A stretch of DNA of 48,264 bases from contig JBDKKY010000003.1 of NCBI GenBank assembly GCA_039795875.1, positions 1 to 48,264 of the forward strand, given 5' to 3'. The notes beneath the pieces were generated by a model that saw only the letters and a list, made by a program, of their open reading frames with translations, was not told where the DNA came from and did no database searches. Below, piece by piece: positions 1 to 9,866 of the stretch (positions are counted from its first letter, which is position 1; each line of letters opens with the position of its first letter). The DNA is from Candidatus Parcubacteria bacterium (GTDB lineage: Bacteria; Patescibacteriota; Minisyncoccia; Phycocordibacterales; CAIZLB01). The translations under genes were made by a program, and so were the position numbers.

Positions 1-1641
1 AGCCCTCCAGCCCGTTTTATTCGGTCGTTTGACAATATATTCTGGAAGCACCGACTCGGCATATTTTCGTAGAAACAGTTTATTGTTCTGTTCATTTATG
101 TACATATCGCTTGGCACCAGATGGTCTACATAATCTCTAAATGGTTCGTACGCAAAAGGCGACCGCACCTCCATAGATTGACTGCCGTATAGTTTATCAC
201 TGCGGATAAAGTTTTCAGATGCTAACCAGTAATATCTATCCAAGAGCATAGATGTGTACACTGGATCTTTTCTCTGAGGATCCTTTTTGCAAAATATGTT
301 TTTATAGTAGGCAAAACTATCTTTTATAAAATTCACAAACTCAGTATGGGAATATTTGTTTCGGGCAAACATTTTAGATAATGTTTTCATGTGACCCCAC
401 CGTTCCTCTAGAATCAGATTATTGATAAATGTACTACCAGTAAATTTGGATCGCAAGAAAGACAATATTGTATATAAGACAGGGGTATACTTTTTAATTT
501 TTCCATCTATGAGTGCGTGTTGCAGATAATAACTATAGCCGCCGAATATTTCATCTCCTCCATCGCCTGACAACGTGACTCTTTTCTTGTCACCTTGTGC
601 CCCCTCAGTTTTAGCGGTTATCAGATATACAGGCAGAGAAATATTATAGTTGGGTTCTTCGATGCAGGTATAACTTTCTATAAAATTGTCAAAATAGTCT
701 TTTTTGGTGATGTGGATCTCTTTGTGGGTCGTCTTGTAGTCAGCGGACAACTTTCGTGCCAACTCTGCATCCTCGTTGTATGTCTTCTCGTCTCCTGGTA
801 TATCAAAAGAAGTTGTATAACTGTCAATGTCATATCCATTTCTGTGTGCCTCGTGTAGCAATAGGGAAGAATCAAGTCCTCCGGAAAGGTTGATCGAGAT
901 CTTGTCTTTTGACTGCAAATGTTCGTTGACCAATTTTTTAATATTGTCTGAAAAATCACCGGAGAAGTAGTCGGCTGTTTTTGGTGTGATAAAGCTCTTT
1001 TTTAGAGTATGTTTTTCAGTATTATAGATTAGGCATTCGCTTGGCTGAACTTTTCGGATGTGGGCGAACAATGTCTTATCGGCTGGAATGTATCCAAGAG
1101 ATGTAGACACAAAAACCGCAAAATCATCCACTGCGCGGTCAACATCGTGTTCTAGAATACCTTTTATCTCAGAAGAGAAGATGAACGTATTACTTTTGTG
1201 ATAATAATAGAGATTCTTTTGACCACTTGAATCTCGATAGATGTAAATATTCTTATCTCGGGTGTCAAAGTAGGCAATAGCAAACATTCCGAAAACTTCC
1301 TCTATAATACTCGGCCCGAATTTTTTTATACTTTCATACAACACGTAGGTGTCGAGTTGGATTTTACTGTTGTCGAGCATGACACCAGCATTCTGTAATT
1401 TTTCTATCAGCTTCTTTGTGTTATAGACTTGTCCATTGAAAGCTAAGATGATATGTCCATCTAACACATATGGTTGTTTTGAAATATCATCAACAGCACG
1501 TATGGAAAGGAGGTTGTGTCCAAGAGAGAGGGTGTCCGCATAATATTCTCCGGAAAAATCAGGGCCTCGATGAGAGGTCGCTGCGTTCATGTTCTGCAAT
1601 AGAGTTTTATCCCTAAAATTAAAGCCGTTTATGCCGCACAT
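1..1641 (-). CDS. asnB: Asparagine synthase (glutamine-hydrolysing) family amidotransferase, 3' end runs off the window
   Basis: Not in the ORF track (no stop inside window). The reverse strand from ATG at 1641 reads MCGINGFN...SHRGPD (Ntn amidotransferase N-terminal Cys). Further motifs: LSGDGGDEIFGGY, EVRSPFA and VKRPNKTGW near base 1. Confidence 0.92.
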   Translation of the reverse strand, partial: MCGINGFNFRDKTLLQNMNAATSHRGPDFSGEYYADTLSLGHNLLSIRAVDDISKQPYVLDGHIILAFNGQVYNTKKLIEKLQNAGVMLDNSKIQLDTYVLYESIKKFGPSIIEEVFGMFAIAYFDTRDKNIYIYRDSSGQKNLYYYHKSNTFIFSSEIKGILEHDVDRAVDDFAVFVSTSLGYIPADKTLFAHIRKVQPSECLIYNTEKHTLKKSFITPKTADYFSGDFSDNIKKLVNEHLQSKDKISINLSGGLDSSLLLHEAHRNGYDIDSYTTSFDIPGDEKTYNEDAELARKLSADYKTTHKEIHITKKDYFDNFIESYTCIEEPNYNISLPVYLITAKTEGAQGDKKRVTLSGDGGDEIFGGYSYYLQHALIDGKIKKYTPVLYTILSFLRSKFTGSTFINNLILEERWGHMKTLSKMFARNKYSHTEFVNFIKDSFAYYKNIFCKKDPQRKDPVYTSMLLDRYYWLASENFIRSDKLYGSQSMEVRSPFAYEPFRDYVDHLVPSDMYINEQNNKLFLRKYAESVLPEYIVKRPNKTGWRA

Positions 1642-1708
1642 AATCCTCTATATAGTATCACATTTCCTCTTAAAAACACTATAGATTTTTGCCTTTCATA
1701 GTACTACA

Positions 1709-2677
1709 ATGGTGGGTATGACACCCTTTAGTCAGAATGCCAAAAACACCCTAGAAGCCAATCTTTCCGCCATCAAAAAGATACAGCTAAGTGATGCCAA
1801 GGACTTCAATTTGAACATCAAAGCAATACAAAAGAGAAAAGGGAAAATCATCACGACTGGTGTAGGTAAATCTTCGTATGTGGCCATGAAAATGGCTGCC
1901 ACTCTTTCTTCACTTGGAGTGCTTTCATTTTTCATCCATCCAGTTGAAGCGATGCATGGAGATTCGGGCATGATCGAAAAAGGAGATGTGATAATTGCTT
2001 TTTCGTATTCAGGAGAGAGCGAAGAGATTATCAGATTCTTACAACACGAAAAACAAACTAAAAAAGTCTCAATTTTTTCTATTACTAAGCAAGTAGCTTC
2101 AAGTCTGGGCAGAATTTCTTCAGGGGTGTTCGCTGTCAATATAGACAAAGAGGGATCGCCTCTCAATATAGCGCCAATGGCTTCAGTCACAGCATCATTG
2201 GTGATGGCTGACATGATAGCGGCGGAACTTGTGGCTACAGACTTCACAGAGAAGCATTTCGCCAATTTTCACCCAGGTGGTTTACTGGGCCTCCGATATG
2301 TCTCTGTTAAGGCTAGAATGGTATCTGGTCCACGTTTACCACTCATTTCCCAAAATAATTTTAAGGCCGCTATTCGAGAGATATCAGATAAGAAGAAGGG
2401 TGTGGTTGTGATTACGGATCAAAAAAACAACTTGAAAGGAATAATTACCGATGGAGACATTCGCCGAATTGTCCGGAAGAAAGAAAAAATGTCAGAGGTC
2501 GATCTATTTGCTGAAATGGGCAAGGCGCCTAAGACCATCGGAGAAGATGAGAGTCTACAGGTTGCACTAGAACGTATGGAAGAGTTCAAAATCACCACTC
2601 TTGTTGTGTTGTCCAAAAAAGGTAAAGTATCCGGTATTATCCATATTCATGATATTCTAGATAAGAAATACCTATGA
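1709..2677 (+). CDS. kpsF: KpsF/GutQ family arabinose-5-phosphate isomerase (SIS + 2 CBS domains)
   Basis: TGVGKS, HPVEAMHGDSG, SYSGESEE, APMAS, FHPGG motifs and C-terminal CBS pair (GIITDGDIRR, GIIHIHD). Confidence 0.9.
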   Translation: MVGMTPFSQNAKNTLEANLSAIKKIQLSDAKDFNLNIKAIQKRKGKIITTGVGKSSYVAMKMAATLSSLGVLSFFIHPVEAMHGDSGMIEKGDVIIAFSYSGESEEIIRFLQHEKQTKKVSIFSITKQVASSLGRISSGVFAVNIDKEGSPLNIAPMASVTASLVMADMIAAELVATDFTEKHFANFHPGGLLGLRYVSVKARMVSGPRLPLISQNNFKAAIREISDKKKGVVVITDQKNNLKGIITDGDIRRIVRKKEKMSEVDLFAEMGKAPKTIGEDESLQVALERMEEFKITTLVVLSKKGKVSGIIHIHDILDKKYL

Positions 2678-4116
2678 ATATAGATTATAAAAAAACATTG
2701 GAGTTGTTGAATGCATTCAATCAGGCACTTCGAACCAGCGGGGCGGAAAGAGATTTTTACTATGAAGGCAAAAATCTGTTGGCGTCATTTCAGATGTCGA
2801 TATTTTCAGACATAAAAATGTACACAGCCGACCCTCTCAAGCTGATCAACGAAAACAACCAATCATTGGGACAGAAAATTAAAGCTCACTTGATGCAGTC
2901 AGTCCTATCGGCTCTCAGCTTCTTTTCTTTCTGTGTGGTGTATCTGAGATATGTGTGGACGCGAAAACCTGTAGTAGCGGTATACAGCATAGACACAACA
3001 AGTGACAAAATACACAACAGAGACGGTCGAGTGAGTTATCTGTATGATTATGTGAGGCAGAATGGCGAGTCTCTACTTGAGTTCATGCATACCGTGCCCA
3101 GCCTACATAGTTTAAGAAAATTCTTAATTAGAAAAAGTCCCACCATATATCTTGAAAGTATTAATTTTTTAGCCAGTGGTTTTGTGTCGTCGAGAAAAAA
3201 GAAATATATCGACAGATCGCTTTTAAATTTCCCAGGTCTAGAGCAGAGGGATGCTGATTTCTTATATACACTATATAAAAAATATAAAAGACGAAAAGAG
3301 GTTTTTGTAATCTCTCAAAACATATATGGCTTTATATACCGAAGATTTACGATACAGCGGTTCTGGAGTATAGACGATACCCGTCATGTCTTTGAGCTTT
3401 TGCCCGAGCTCCAGAAGCAACGTGTAAAGACCTATGTCTTCCAGCATGGACATTATACAAAGTATCACACCGGTTTTCTGACTGACATGTTTGATAAGGT
3501 GGAGATTATTAAGCCGCAGTTTATTGTTGTTTGGAATGAATATTTCAAAAAAGAATTGCTTCGCCTCAGCTCATATTTTTCTGAGGAGCAGATCTTGGTA
3601 GGTGGAGAAAAGAGAGGGGTGCGAGCCTATGTACAAAAAGAAATAGGGGATTCTATCGGATCTGTGCTCATTCCATATGAGACGGACGCGCCAAAAGCAG
3701 AAGTAAAAGCCTATATAGAAAAATTCATACAAGAAGGCAAGACTGTGTATTTTAAACTTCGCAAAGATATAACAAAAGAGGTCCAGTTACAGCAATACGG
3801 TTTTGTCACCGGTGAGATCAATGAAAAATGTATTGTTATATTTGATGAGAAAGACATACTCAACAAAATCGATATGGTGGCAGGAGTGTACTCGACGTAT
3901 CTCTATGACATGTTGTATCTCGGGGTGCCGGTGGCGGTACTCGATACGAGTATGGATTATGGTATGGGTATGGTTGAAGGAGGCCTTGCAATCTTGTACA
4001 GTCAAACAAGTACTGATGGTGAAATCATCAATCAATACAAGAGTATTCGTGGTAATATTCAACATTTATATGGCAATATATTGTATATAGATACATATAT
4101 TAAAAATTTTGCGTAA
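2674..4116 (+). CDS. Putative surface-carbohydrate biosynthesis protein / GT-B-like glycosyltransferase
   Basis: 480-aa ORF coupled to kpsF by an ATGA overlap. FQHG...VVWNEY...ILVGG and STYLYD-LGVP patterns resemble capsule/sialyl/Kdo transferase-like proteins. Family not certain. Confidence 0.5.
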   Translation: MNIDYKKTLELLNAFNQALRTSGAERDFYYEGKNLLASFQMSIFSDIKMYTADPLKLINENNQSLGQKIKAHLMQSVLSALSFFSFCVVYLRYVWTRKPVVAVYSIDTTSDKIHNRDGRVSYLYDYVRQNGESLLEFMHTVPSLHSLRKFLIRKSPTIYLESINFLASGFVSSRKKKYIDRSLLNFPGLEQRDADFLYTLYKKYKRRKEVFVISQNIYGFIYRRFTIQRFWSIDDTRHVFELLPELQKQRVKTYVFQHGHYTKYHTGFLTDMFDKVEIIKPQFIVVWNEYFKKELLRLSSYFSEEQILVGGEKRGVRAYVQKEIGDSIGSVLIPYETDAPKAEVKAYIEKFIQEGKTVYFKLRKDITKEVQLQQYGFVTGEINEKCIVIFDEKDILNKIDMVAGVYSTYLYDMLYLGVPVAVLDTSMDYGMGMVEGGLAILYSQTSTDGEIINQYKSIRGNIQHLYGNILYIDTYIKNFA

Positions 4117-4133
4117 ATGATATACTAAGCCCC

Positions 4134-4874
4134 ATGTTTAAAAATCTCAAAAGGAGCCTATATGACTGTAAGCGCTGGGTTAAGATGATATATACCTATC
4201 CAGAGATGAGTCTTAAGAAAGTTGACTATGATGCCTACTGGGCAGATAAGAGGGGCAAGAACATCGGTGATCTCTCGGGCTGGCAGACTGACCGCGCGGA
4301 GATCATTGCTAAAGCCTTAGAAGGTCAAAAAGAAAATTTCAGTGTATTAGATATTGGCGGAGGTGACGGCAATATTTTGAACTTTCTTAAAACCAAAAAA
4401 CAATTACCGATCACAAAGATGTACAATGCCGACACATCAAGGTTTGCACTCGAACAATCTGAAAAGTTTGGTATAGAAAGTATTTTCTGTGACATTGTCG
4501 ATATGAAAAGTTTTGAGAAATTCCCAGAGGCTGATTATGCATTTATGCTTGAGATCTTAGAGCATATTCCAAACTCAGAAGAATTTTTGCTGGAGATATA
4601 TCGACGCATGAAAAAGGGAGTGTTTTTCTCTGTGCCGAACACGGGCTTTATCGTCTATCGCTTACGACTATTATTTGGAAAGACTCCGATGCAATGGCGA
4701 CTTCACCCGGCCGAACATGTACGCTTTTGGACAATCACAGACATGCGATTCTGGCTTGATGGACTTGGTTTCAAAGATAAATACACTATCTATACATACA
4801 AAGGAACTCCACTATTGCGAAAGTGGTTTCCTAATCTATTTGCACCAGCGATGGTGGTTCAGATCACTCAGTAA
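4134..4874 (+). CDS. Class I SAM-dependent methyltransferase (MetW-like)
   Basis: VLDIGGGDG motif I, LEILEHI, FSVPNTG. Confidence 0.85.
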   Translation: MFKNLKRSLYDCKRWVKMIYTYPEMSLKKVDYDAYWADKRGKNIGDLSGWQTDRAEIIAKALEGQKENFSVLDIGGGDGNILNFLKTKKQLPITKMYNADTSRFALEQSEKFGIESIFCDIVDMKSFEKFPEADYAFMLEILEHIPNSEEFLLEIYRRMKKGVFFSVPNTGFIVYRLRLLFGKTPMQWRLHPAEHVRFWTITDMRFWLDGLGFKDKYTIYTYKGTPLLRKWFPNLFAPAMVVQITQ

Positions 4875-4882
4875 GAGATTAT

Positions 4883-6118
4883 TTAGACTTGTTTAACCAG
4901 AATGAGAGAAGTGCATAGGCCGATCATCTTAGCCACAAGTTTACCGATCACAATTCCCATTACACCATACCAGTAGAATCCGAGTATAAGTATGGGTATT
5001 TTTGCTACGTTTGAGACGATACTCAGAATGTATTTGGCTCGTATAGCTTTTTGTGAATCAAGAAAGGCAATGGTGATCGAACTGCTGATCAGTATACCCA
5101 ATATCATGATCTGAGACAAAAAGACCGAATCTATGTAATTTGGAAATAGTATTTTAAATATATATGGTGCGCATACGATATAGAGTAGTGCAACAGGAAG
5201 GCTGGCCAGAAAGAGCACAAGAGTTTTGCGAAATACAGTCTCCCGCGCTGTTTTGACATCTTGGTTGACAAATTTTGGCACAGCTATAACGCCAACCTGT
5301 TTTACAAAGCCTTGTATTACATTTGGAATAGCCTCGGCAAAGTTATATATAGCCAGAGCCGTACCCCCCAATCCTTGAAAGATAATAACGTTGTCGATTT
5401 GATCCGAAATAAGTGAAAAAATATTGATTACTGAGGTGTGTTTTGCCAAATGTAAAGCCTCCTCGTCTACTTTATTATTCTCTATATGTACTGCCACAGT
5501 GTGGTAATACAAGATATTGAGTACTATAGAAGTTGAGAGAAAATAGACTACAGCCATGTACAAAGGGTTGAGAGTAAAGTAGGCGGTGATGGCAACCATG
5601 AGTGTTGGTATGGCATTTCGCAAAAAAGAAAATAGAGATAGTTTTTTAAATAACTTTTTTCCGTTTAAAACGCTCGTATGTAGAGCGCTCCGTTCTATAA
5701 AAGGTAATGTGAGTCCTCCAACCAGGATTCCGACACTGAGCAACATGTTGCCTTTAACATAATAATACACCGACAAAGCCGTTAGGATCGTTGCCGGCAA
5801 AAAAGCCCAAAAGAAATTGATTTTAGCAAACTGCTTAAGGGTACCATCACATCCTTTAGAAAAAGCTCGAACAAGTGCGGGACCTAGTCCTGTAAGTGCC
5901 AGAGAGTTTACCAAAGCTACAGTTGAGAGGATATATTTGTAATTTCCATACCCCTCTTTAGGGAAGATATTAGCAATAAATATGGCAAAGACGAGGGTAA
6001 CTAAGGAATTTAAAAATTGACCTCCAGAAAGGAAAGACATATTTTTAAAAACATACACCATGTCGGTTTTGGTGTACTTTTCAGACCATCTGAGTATCTT
6101 GGAGAACCTTTGTTTCAT
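4883..6118 (-). CDS. Wzx-type oligosaccharide flippase
   Basis: 411 aa with ~12 hydrophobic segments and a YGNYKY...LTGLG pattern, located in a glycan locus. Confidence 0.8.
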   Translation of the reverse strand: MKQRFSKILRWSEKYTKTDMVYVFKNMSFLSGGQFLNSLVTLVFAIFIANIFPKEGYGNYKYILSTVALVNSLALTGLGPALVRAFSKGCDGTLKQFAKINFFWAFLPATILTALSVYYYVKGNMLLSVGILVGGLTLPFIERSALHTSVLNGKKLFKKLSLFSFLRNAIPTLMVAITAYFTLNPLYMAVVYFLSTSIVLNILYYHTVAVHIENNKVDEEALHLAKHTSVINIFSLISDQIDNVIIFQGLGGTALAIYNFAEAIPNVIQGFVKQVGVIAVPKFVNQDVKTARETVFRKTLVLFLASLPVALLYIVCAPYIFKILFPNYIDSVFLSQIMILGILISSSITIAFLDSQKAIRAKYILSIVSNVAKIPILILGFYWYGVMGIVIGKLVAKMIGLCTSLILVKQV

Positions 6119-6126
6119 TTTTTTTC

Positions 6127-6141
6127 AGTATAGCATATACT
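6127..6141. promoter_or_regulatory. Back-to-back -10 elements (AGTATA-gca-TATACT) serving two divergent leaderless genes
   Basis: Perfect 6-bp inverted repeat. TATACT lies 7 nt before ATG 6149 (+) and 8 nt before ATG 6118 (-). Confidence 0.7.
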
Positions 6142-6148
6142 AACATCT

Positions 6149-7264
6149 ATGAAAGTTTTATTTATCACCCGGGATTTGATCCAAAACGCGGGGTGGGGAC
6201 GAACTGGTTATGAGACCATTGTGGCCATACAGAAGGATAAAAACATCTCGGTTGGTGCTGCTATTGAGAGGTCGGGTGGCAAAGAAGGTATCGTCGATGA
6301 GGTTATAAGCCTTATTCCTTCAAAATCTATCTGGGCAATATGTAGAAATATTATAAAGGTGTGGAAAGTCAGAGATTCGTATGATATTTTTCATGCTATC
6401 GATCTGTGGCCTTACGGTTTGTATGCCTTCGTCGCTGCTAGATTTGGTAAAAGAAAGAAATGTATTATCAATGGCATCGCGACATACAGCATTGCACCAC
6501 TAGATAAAAAGATTTTTGGTTTCATTCCGCGGTATGTGTATAGACACACTGATGCTATTCCGTGCATTAGCGAATACACCAAAAAAGAAATAGATAAGAG
6601 GCTTCCTGGTGCAAATACCAGTCTGGTATTACAAGGATTTACTAAGATGGAACACCAACGTGTGAGTGATACATATCTGGCCGAGAAAGGAATCAAAGAT
6701 ACGGACTATCCATTGCTGATCACAGTCGGTGAGGCAAAACCACGAAAAGGGCAACTATACACAGCCAAAGCAGTGGCTCTACTTAAGGAAAAATATCCAA
6801 ATATCAAATATCTGATTGTCTGCAATAAATTTGCCAAAGGGTATATGACGGAGATAGAGCACATAAATGCAAAATTGGGAGGGCAGGTTATCCAGCTCAT
6901 CAATGATGCTAAAACTGATGGTCATCTTGAAATGTTATATAAGAGATCCGACATGTTTGCTTTGAATTCAGTCAATTCCAAAGAGGGACATTTTGAAGGT
7001 TTCGGGTTGGTTATTTTAGAAGCAAATCAATTTGGTACTCCAGCTCTCGGATCTTTCAACTGTGGTATAGAGAGTGCTATACAAGATGGGGTCAGTGGCT
7101 ATCTGTGTCGACAAGAAGATGAGAAAGATATTGCCCGAAATATAGAAAAAATATTGGAAATGAAAAGAGGTAATCCTGAATATTGGAAAGAAAAGACTAT
7201 TGCTTTCTGCAACACTTTCTCTTGGGATAAGGCAGCCGAACAATATATTAGATTATATAAATAA
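6149..7264 (+). CDS. Glycosyltransferase family 4
   Basis: KPRKGQ and EGFGLVILEA GT4 motifs. Confidence 0.9.
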   Translation: MKVLFITRDLIQNAGWGRTGYETIVAIQKDKNISVGAAIERSGGKEGIVDEVISLIPSKSIWAICRNIIKVWKVRDSYDIFHAIDLWPYGLYAFVAARFGKRKKCIINGIATYSIAPLDKKIFGFIPRYVYRHTDAIPCISEYTKKEIDKRLPGANTSLVLQGFTKMEHQRVSDTYLAEKGIKDTDYPLLITVGEAKPRKGQLYTAKAVALLKEKYPNIKYLIVCNKFAKGYMTEIEHINAKLGGQVIQLINDAKTDGHLEMLYKRSDMFALNSVNSKEGHFEGFGLVILEANQFGTPALGSFNCGIESAIQDGVSGYLCRQEDEKDIARNIEKILEMKRGNPEYWKEKTIAFCNTFSWDKAAEQYIRLYK

Positions 7265-7265
7265 T

Positions 7266-8066
7266 ATGAGACGCATCATCCAGGAAATACAGACTATATA
7301 TAGAACGGCTCGGGCACTGTCTCGAAGTAGAATTCATGCATGTGTACTATTCGTGCAGATATTTTGTATTATTGTAGCCGGTAAGTTTTTTAAGATTTCC
7401 CCAAAACCGTTGTACCTTTATTTCAACAAAACATCTTTCATTTTTTATATAAATAGTCGTGTTGATGTTGCAGCGCTAGAAGAGATATTTGCCAAGAAAG
7501 AATACGGTTTTGCGTATGCTGAAGCATTGGGTAAAATGCCGAGCGTGATATTGGACCTCGGTGCCAATATCGGTGATTCGTCCGTTTTCTATGCGACACT
7601 CTTTCCAGAAGCTAAGATTTATGCGATCGAACCAAATCCGTTGGTTCATGACAAATTACAGCTAAATACTGCCGCCTTCAAAAATATTCAGATTCGCAAG
7701 TGTGCCATTGGAAACAAAACACAAAAGATCACATTTTATCTGGGAGCTTCACACCTTGGTTCCTCGCTCAAGAAACGTCAACAAAATACCAAAGAGATTG
7801 AAGTTGGTCTTGTCGCACTGACAGACTTTTTAGCAGCCGAAGGTTTGCAGCATGTTGATATATTAAAATTTGATATTGAAGGTGGGGAAGAGGATCTCTT
7901 GAAAGATGTGGCCATGAAAGACAAGGTGGGCGTTTTCATAGGAGAAATGCACGATGATTTAACCTCAGTCCCAACACGAGGTCTGGTAGAGAATATACCA
8001 GCCGAGATACTCCAGGTATGTACACTAACGCCGACTCGCAATATTACCGTTGCCAGATCTGTATAA
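7266..8066 (+). CDS. FkbM family methyltransferase
   Basis: ILDLGANIG, YAIEPNP, ILKFDIEGGE. ATG 7266 directly follows the upstream stop. Confidence 0.9.
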   Translation: MRRIIQEIQTIYRTARALSRSRIHACVLFVQIFCIIVAGKFFKISPKPLYLYFNKTSFIFYINSRVDVAALEEIFAKKEYGFAYAEALGKMPSVILDLGANIGDSSVFYATLFPEAKIYAIEPNPLVHDKLQLNTAAFKNIQIRKCAIGNKTQKITFYLGASHLGSSLKKRQQNTKEIEVGLVALTDFLAAEGLQHVDILKFDIEGGEEDLLKDVAMKDKVGVFIGEMHDDLTSVPTRGLVENIPAEILQVCTLTPTRNITVARSV

Positions 8067-9069
8067 ATTCAGCCGCTATCTCTTTCCATGTGTGGATAAA
8101 AGCATAGTTTTTGATGCGTTTTTTGCAGTCGGCATATATTTCAGGATTCAACAGAGAAACTATCTTTTGATATATATCTTCTTCGTGCAGTGGTTCCACA
8201 AAGACTCCCAGGCCCTGCAATCGTTCAGTAATACCATTCTCTTTGGTCAACACAAAAGGTGTACCAGCTCGTACGCTATCAAGCATCATGTTAGGGCTGA
8301 TATCTCCCAGAGACACCAAGACTGTGGCGTAGGCCTTTTTCATACGTTCGATGTACTCAGCATGAGGATAGGTTTTGTCGTCGATCTCTATCTGTAGGCG
8401 AGGGAAGTCTCTTTGTAGACGTTCCAATACTCGAATAGCCATCTTCTTATTTTTCCAATATAACTCTCGGCATCCCAACATAAATACTTTCGACTCGTCC
8501 TCGGGTGTACTAGGAGTCTTTGCTTCACTCACCACATTGTAATAATTTTCAACTAGGCGGGTTTTGCGTTCATCTATGCCATATACAGGCAGCCAAATAT
8601 TTTTTTGCCACGTTGTACTAAATACCATGTATTCTGCTCTCTGCACTATTTTTTTGGTTAGCCAAAAAATAATTCTTTCTTTACCAGTAAGATTGCCAGT
8701 TTCTTGGCTATAAAAATTACGAAGTAATACATCCTTCCTGGTCCGCTCCACATAATTTTCCCATAGAAAATCTCCGCCTGTGCGTATAGTATAGCGTTTG
8801 CCGGTGAGCAAAGAGAGAATATATATAGGGAAAGCAACACTGAATGTATCCAAGACCAAAACCTGATCAGCTCGCAGATAAGTCAAAAATGACTTCAGAG
8901 CAAAATATATATGGCGGATTCCTATAGGTAGAATTCTCTCAATCTTAGTATAGTGTTTTACAAGAACAGTGTGTCCTTGGTTTCTAAACTCCTTCTCTAT
9001 ACTTACGGTATACTGGGCAGGCCCTCCGATATCTGGCGGATAGATTCCGGTCGCGATTAGGATTCTCAT
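8044..9069 (-). CDS. Glycosyltransferase family 4-like
   Basis: MRILIATGIYPPDIGGPA N-terminus. TATAAT lies 7 nt upstream of ATG 9069. Confidence 0.8.
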   Translation of the reverse strand: MRILIATGIYPPDIGGPAQYTVSIEKEFRNQGHTVLVKHYTKIERILPIGIRHIYFALKSFLTYLRADQVLVLDTFSVAFPIYILSLLTGKRYTIRTGGDFLWENYVERTRKDVLLRNFYSQETGNLTGKERIIFWLTKKIVQRAEYMVFSTTWQKNIWLPVYGIDERKTRLVENYYNVVSEAKTPSTPEDESKVFMLGCRELYWKNKKMAIRVLERLQRDFPRLQIEIDDKTYPHAEYIERMKKAYATVLVSLGDISPNMMLDSVRAGTPFVLTKENGITERLQGLGVFVEPLHEEDIYQKIVSLLNPEIYADCKKRIKNYAFIHTWKEIAAEFIQIWQR

Positions 9070-9136
9070 GTGACTGATTATATAGTATTGTGTAATGCTT
9101 TCCAAACAAAGCCTTTTGAGATATTATACTATCCAT

Positions 9137-9835
9137 ATGAATACATCCTATTCTCCAGAAGAAGCCGATAAGCGATTTGAACCCGTAAGCCGATCAAAGA
9201 CCTTCAATCGAATCTTGGATACCTTAAAACTCAGAGACAAAAAGGTGTTGGATCTTGGATGTAGTTTTGGAGAATTTTTAGTTAAATTTGGACCCAACAG
9301 TTGTGGTATCACTACAACCACAGAAGAAGTAGAATACGGCAAATTGCGCAACTTGCGTATTCTGCAAGGCAATGCCGAACTCATCGATCAACTTGGACTC
9401 AATGAACAGTTTGACGCAGTCTGGGCCAATAATATATTTGAACACCTGCTCGCACCACACGCATTTTTGATGAAATTAAAAACACTTGCCAAAGACAACA
9501 CCCTACTCGTGTTGGGAGTTCCGGTGATACCTCGGATAGTATGCTTGATGAAGCTGAGAAAATTTAATGGAGCTTTGGCATCGCCGCATACCAACTTTTT
9601 TACTCGAGAGACATTGAAGCTGACAGTAGAAAGAGCTGGTTGGAAGGTGAAGTCTGTTCGACCGTATGTGTTTTCAGTCGCTTGGTTGGATACCCTTGCT
9701 GGTTTCTTCACCCCGCACCTATATATAGAGGCCTATGCTGACTCTAAGTTCGCTTACCCAGAGAAAAAAGTCCACGAATGGAAGGACGATCCTATGTACA
9801 AAGACCTCCTTAGATTGGGTAATCGGCCTCAGTAG
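9137..9835 (+). CDS. Class I SAM-dependent methyltransferase
   Basis: VLDLGCSFG, FDAVW, IFEHL, LGVP. Start placed 6 nt after TATACT. Confidence 0.85.
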   Translation: MNTSYSPEEADKRFEPVSRSKTFNRILDTLKLRDKKVLDLGCSFGEFLVKFGPNSCGITTTTEEVEYGKLRNLRILQGNAELIDQLGLNEQFDAVWANNIFEHLLAPHAFLMKLKTLAKDNTLLVLGVPVIPRIVCLMKLRKFNGALASPHTNFFTRETLKLTVERAGWKVKSVRPYVFSVAWLDTLAGFFTPHLYIEAYADSKFAYPEKKVHEWKDDPMYKDLLRLGNRPQ

Positions 9836-9866
9836 ATTTACATAATCAGTGTGCTATCATAGCCTC

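Noticed and set aside
595-959. ORF-track ORFs 595-858 (+) and 678-959 (-)
   Set aside because: They lie inside the asnB reading frame (1641 to <1), which has clear family motifs.
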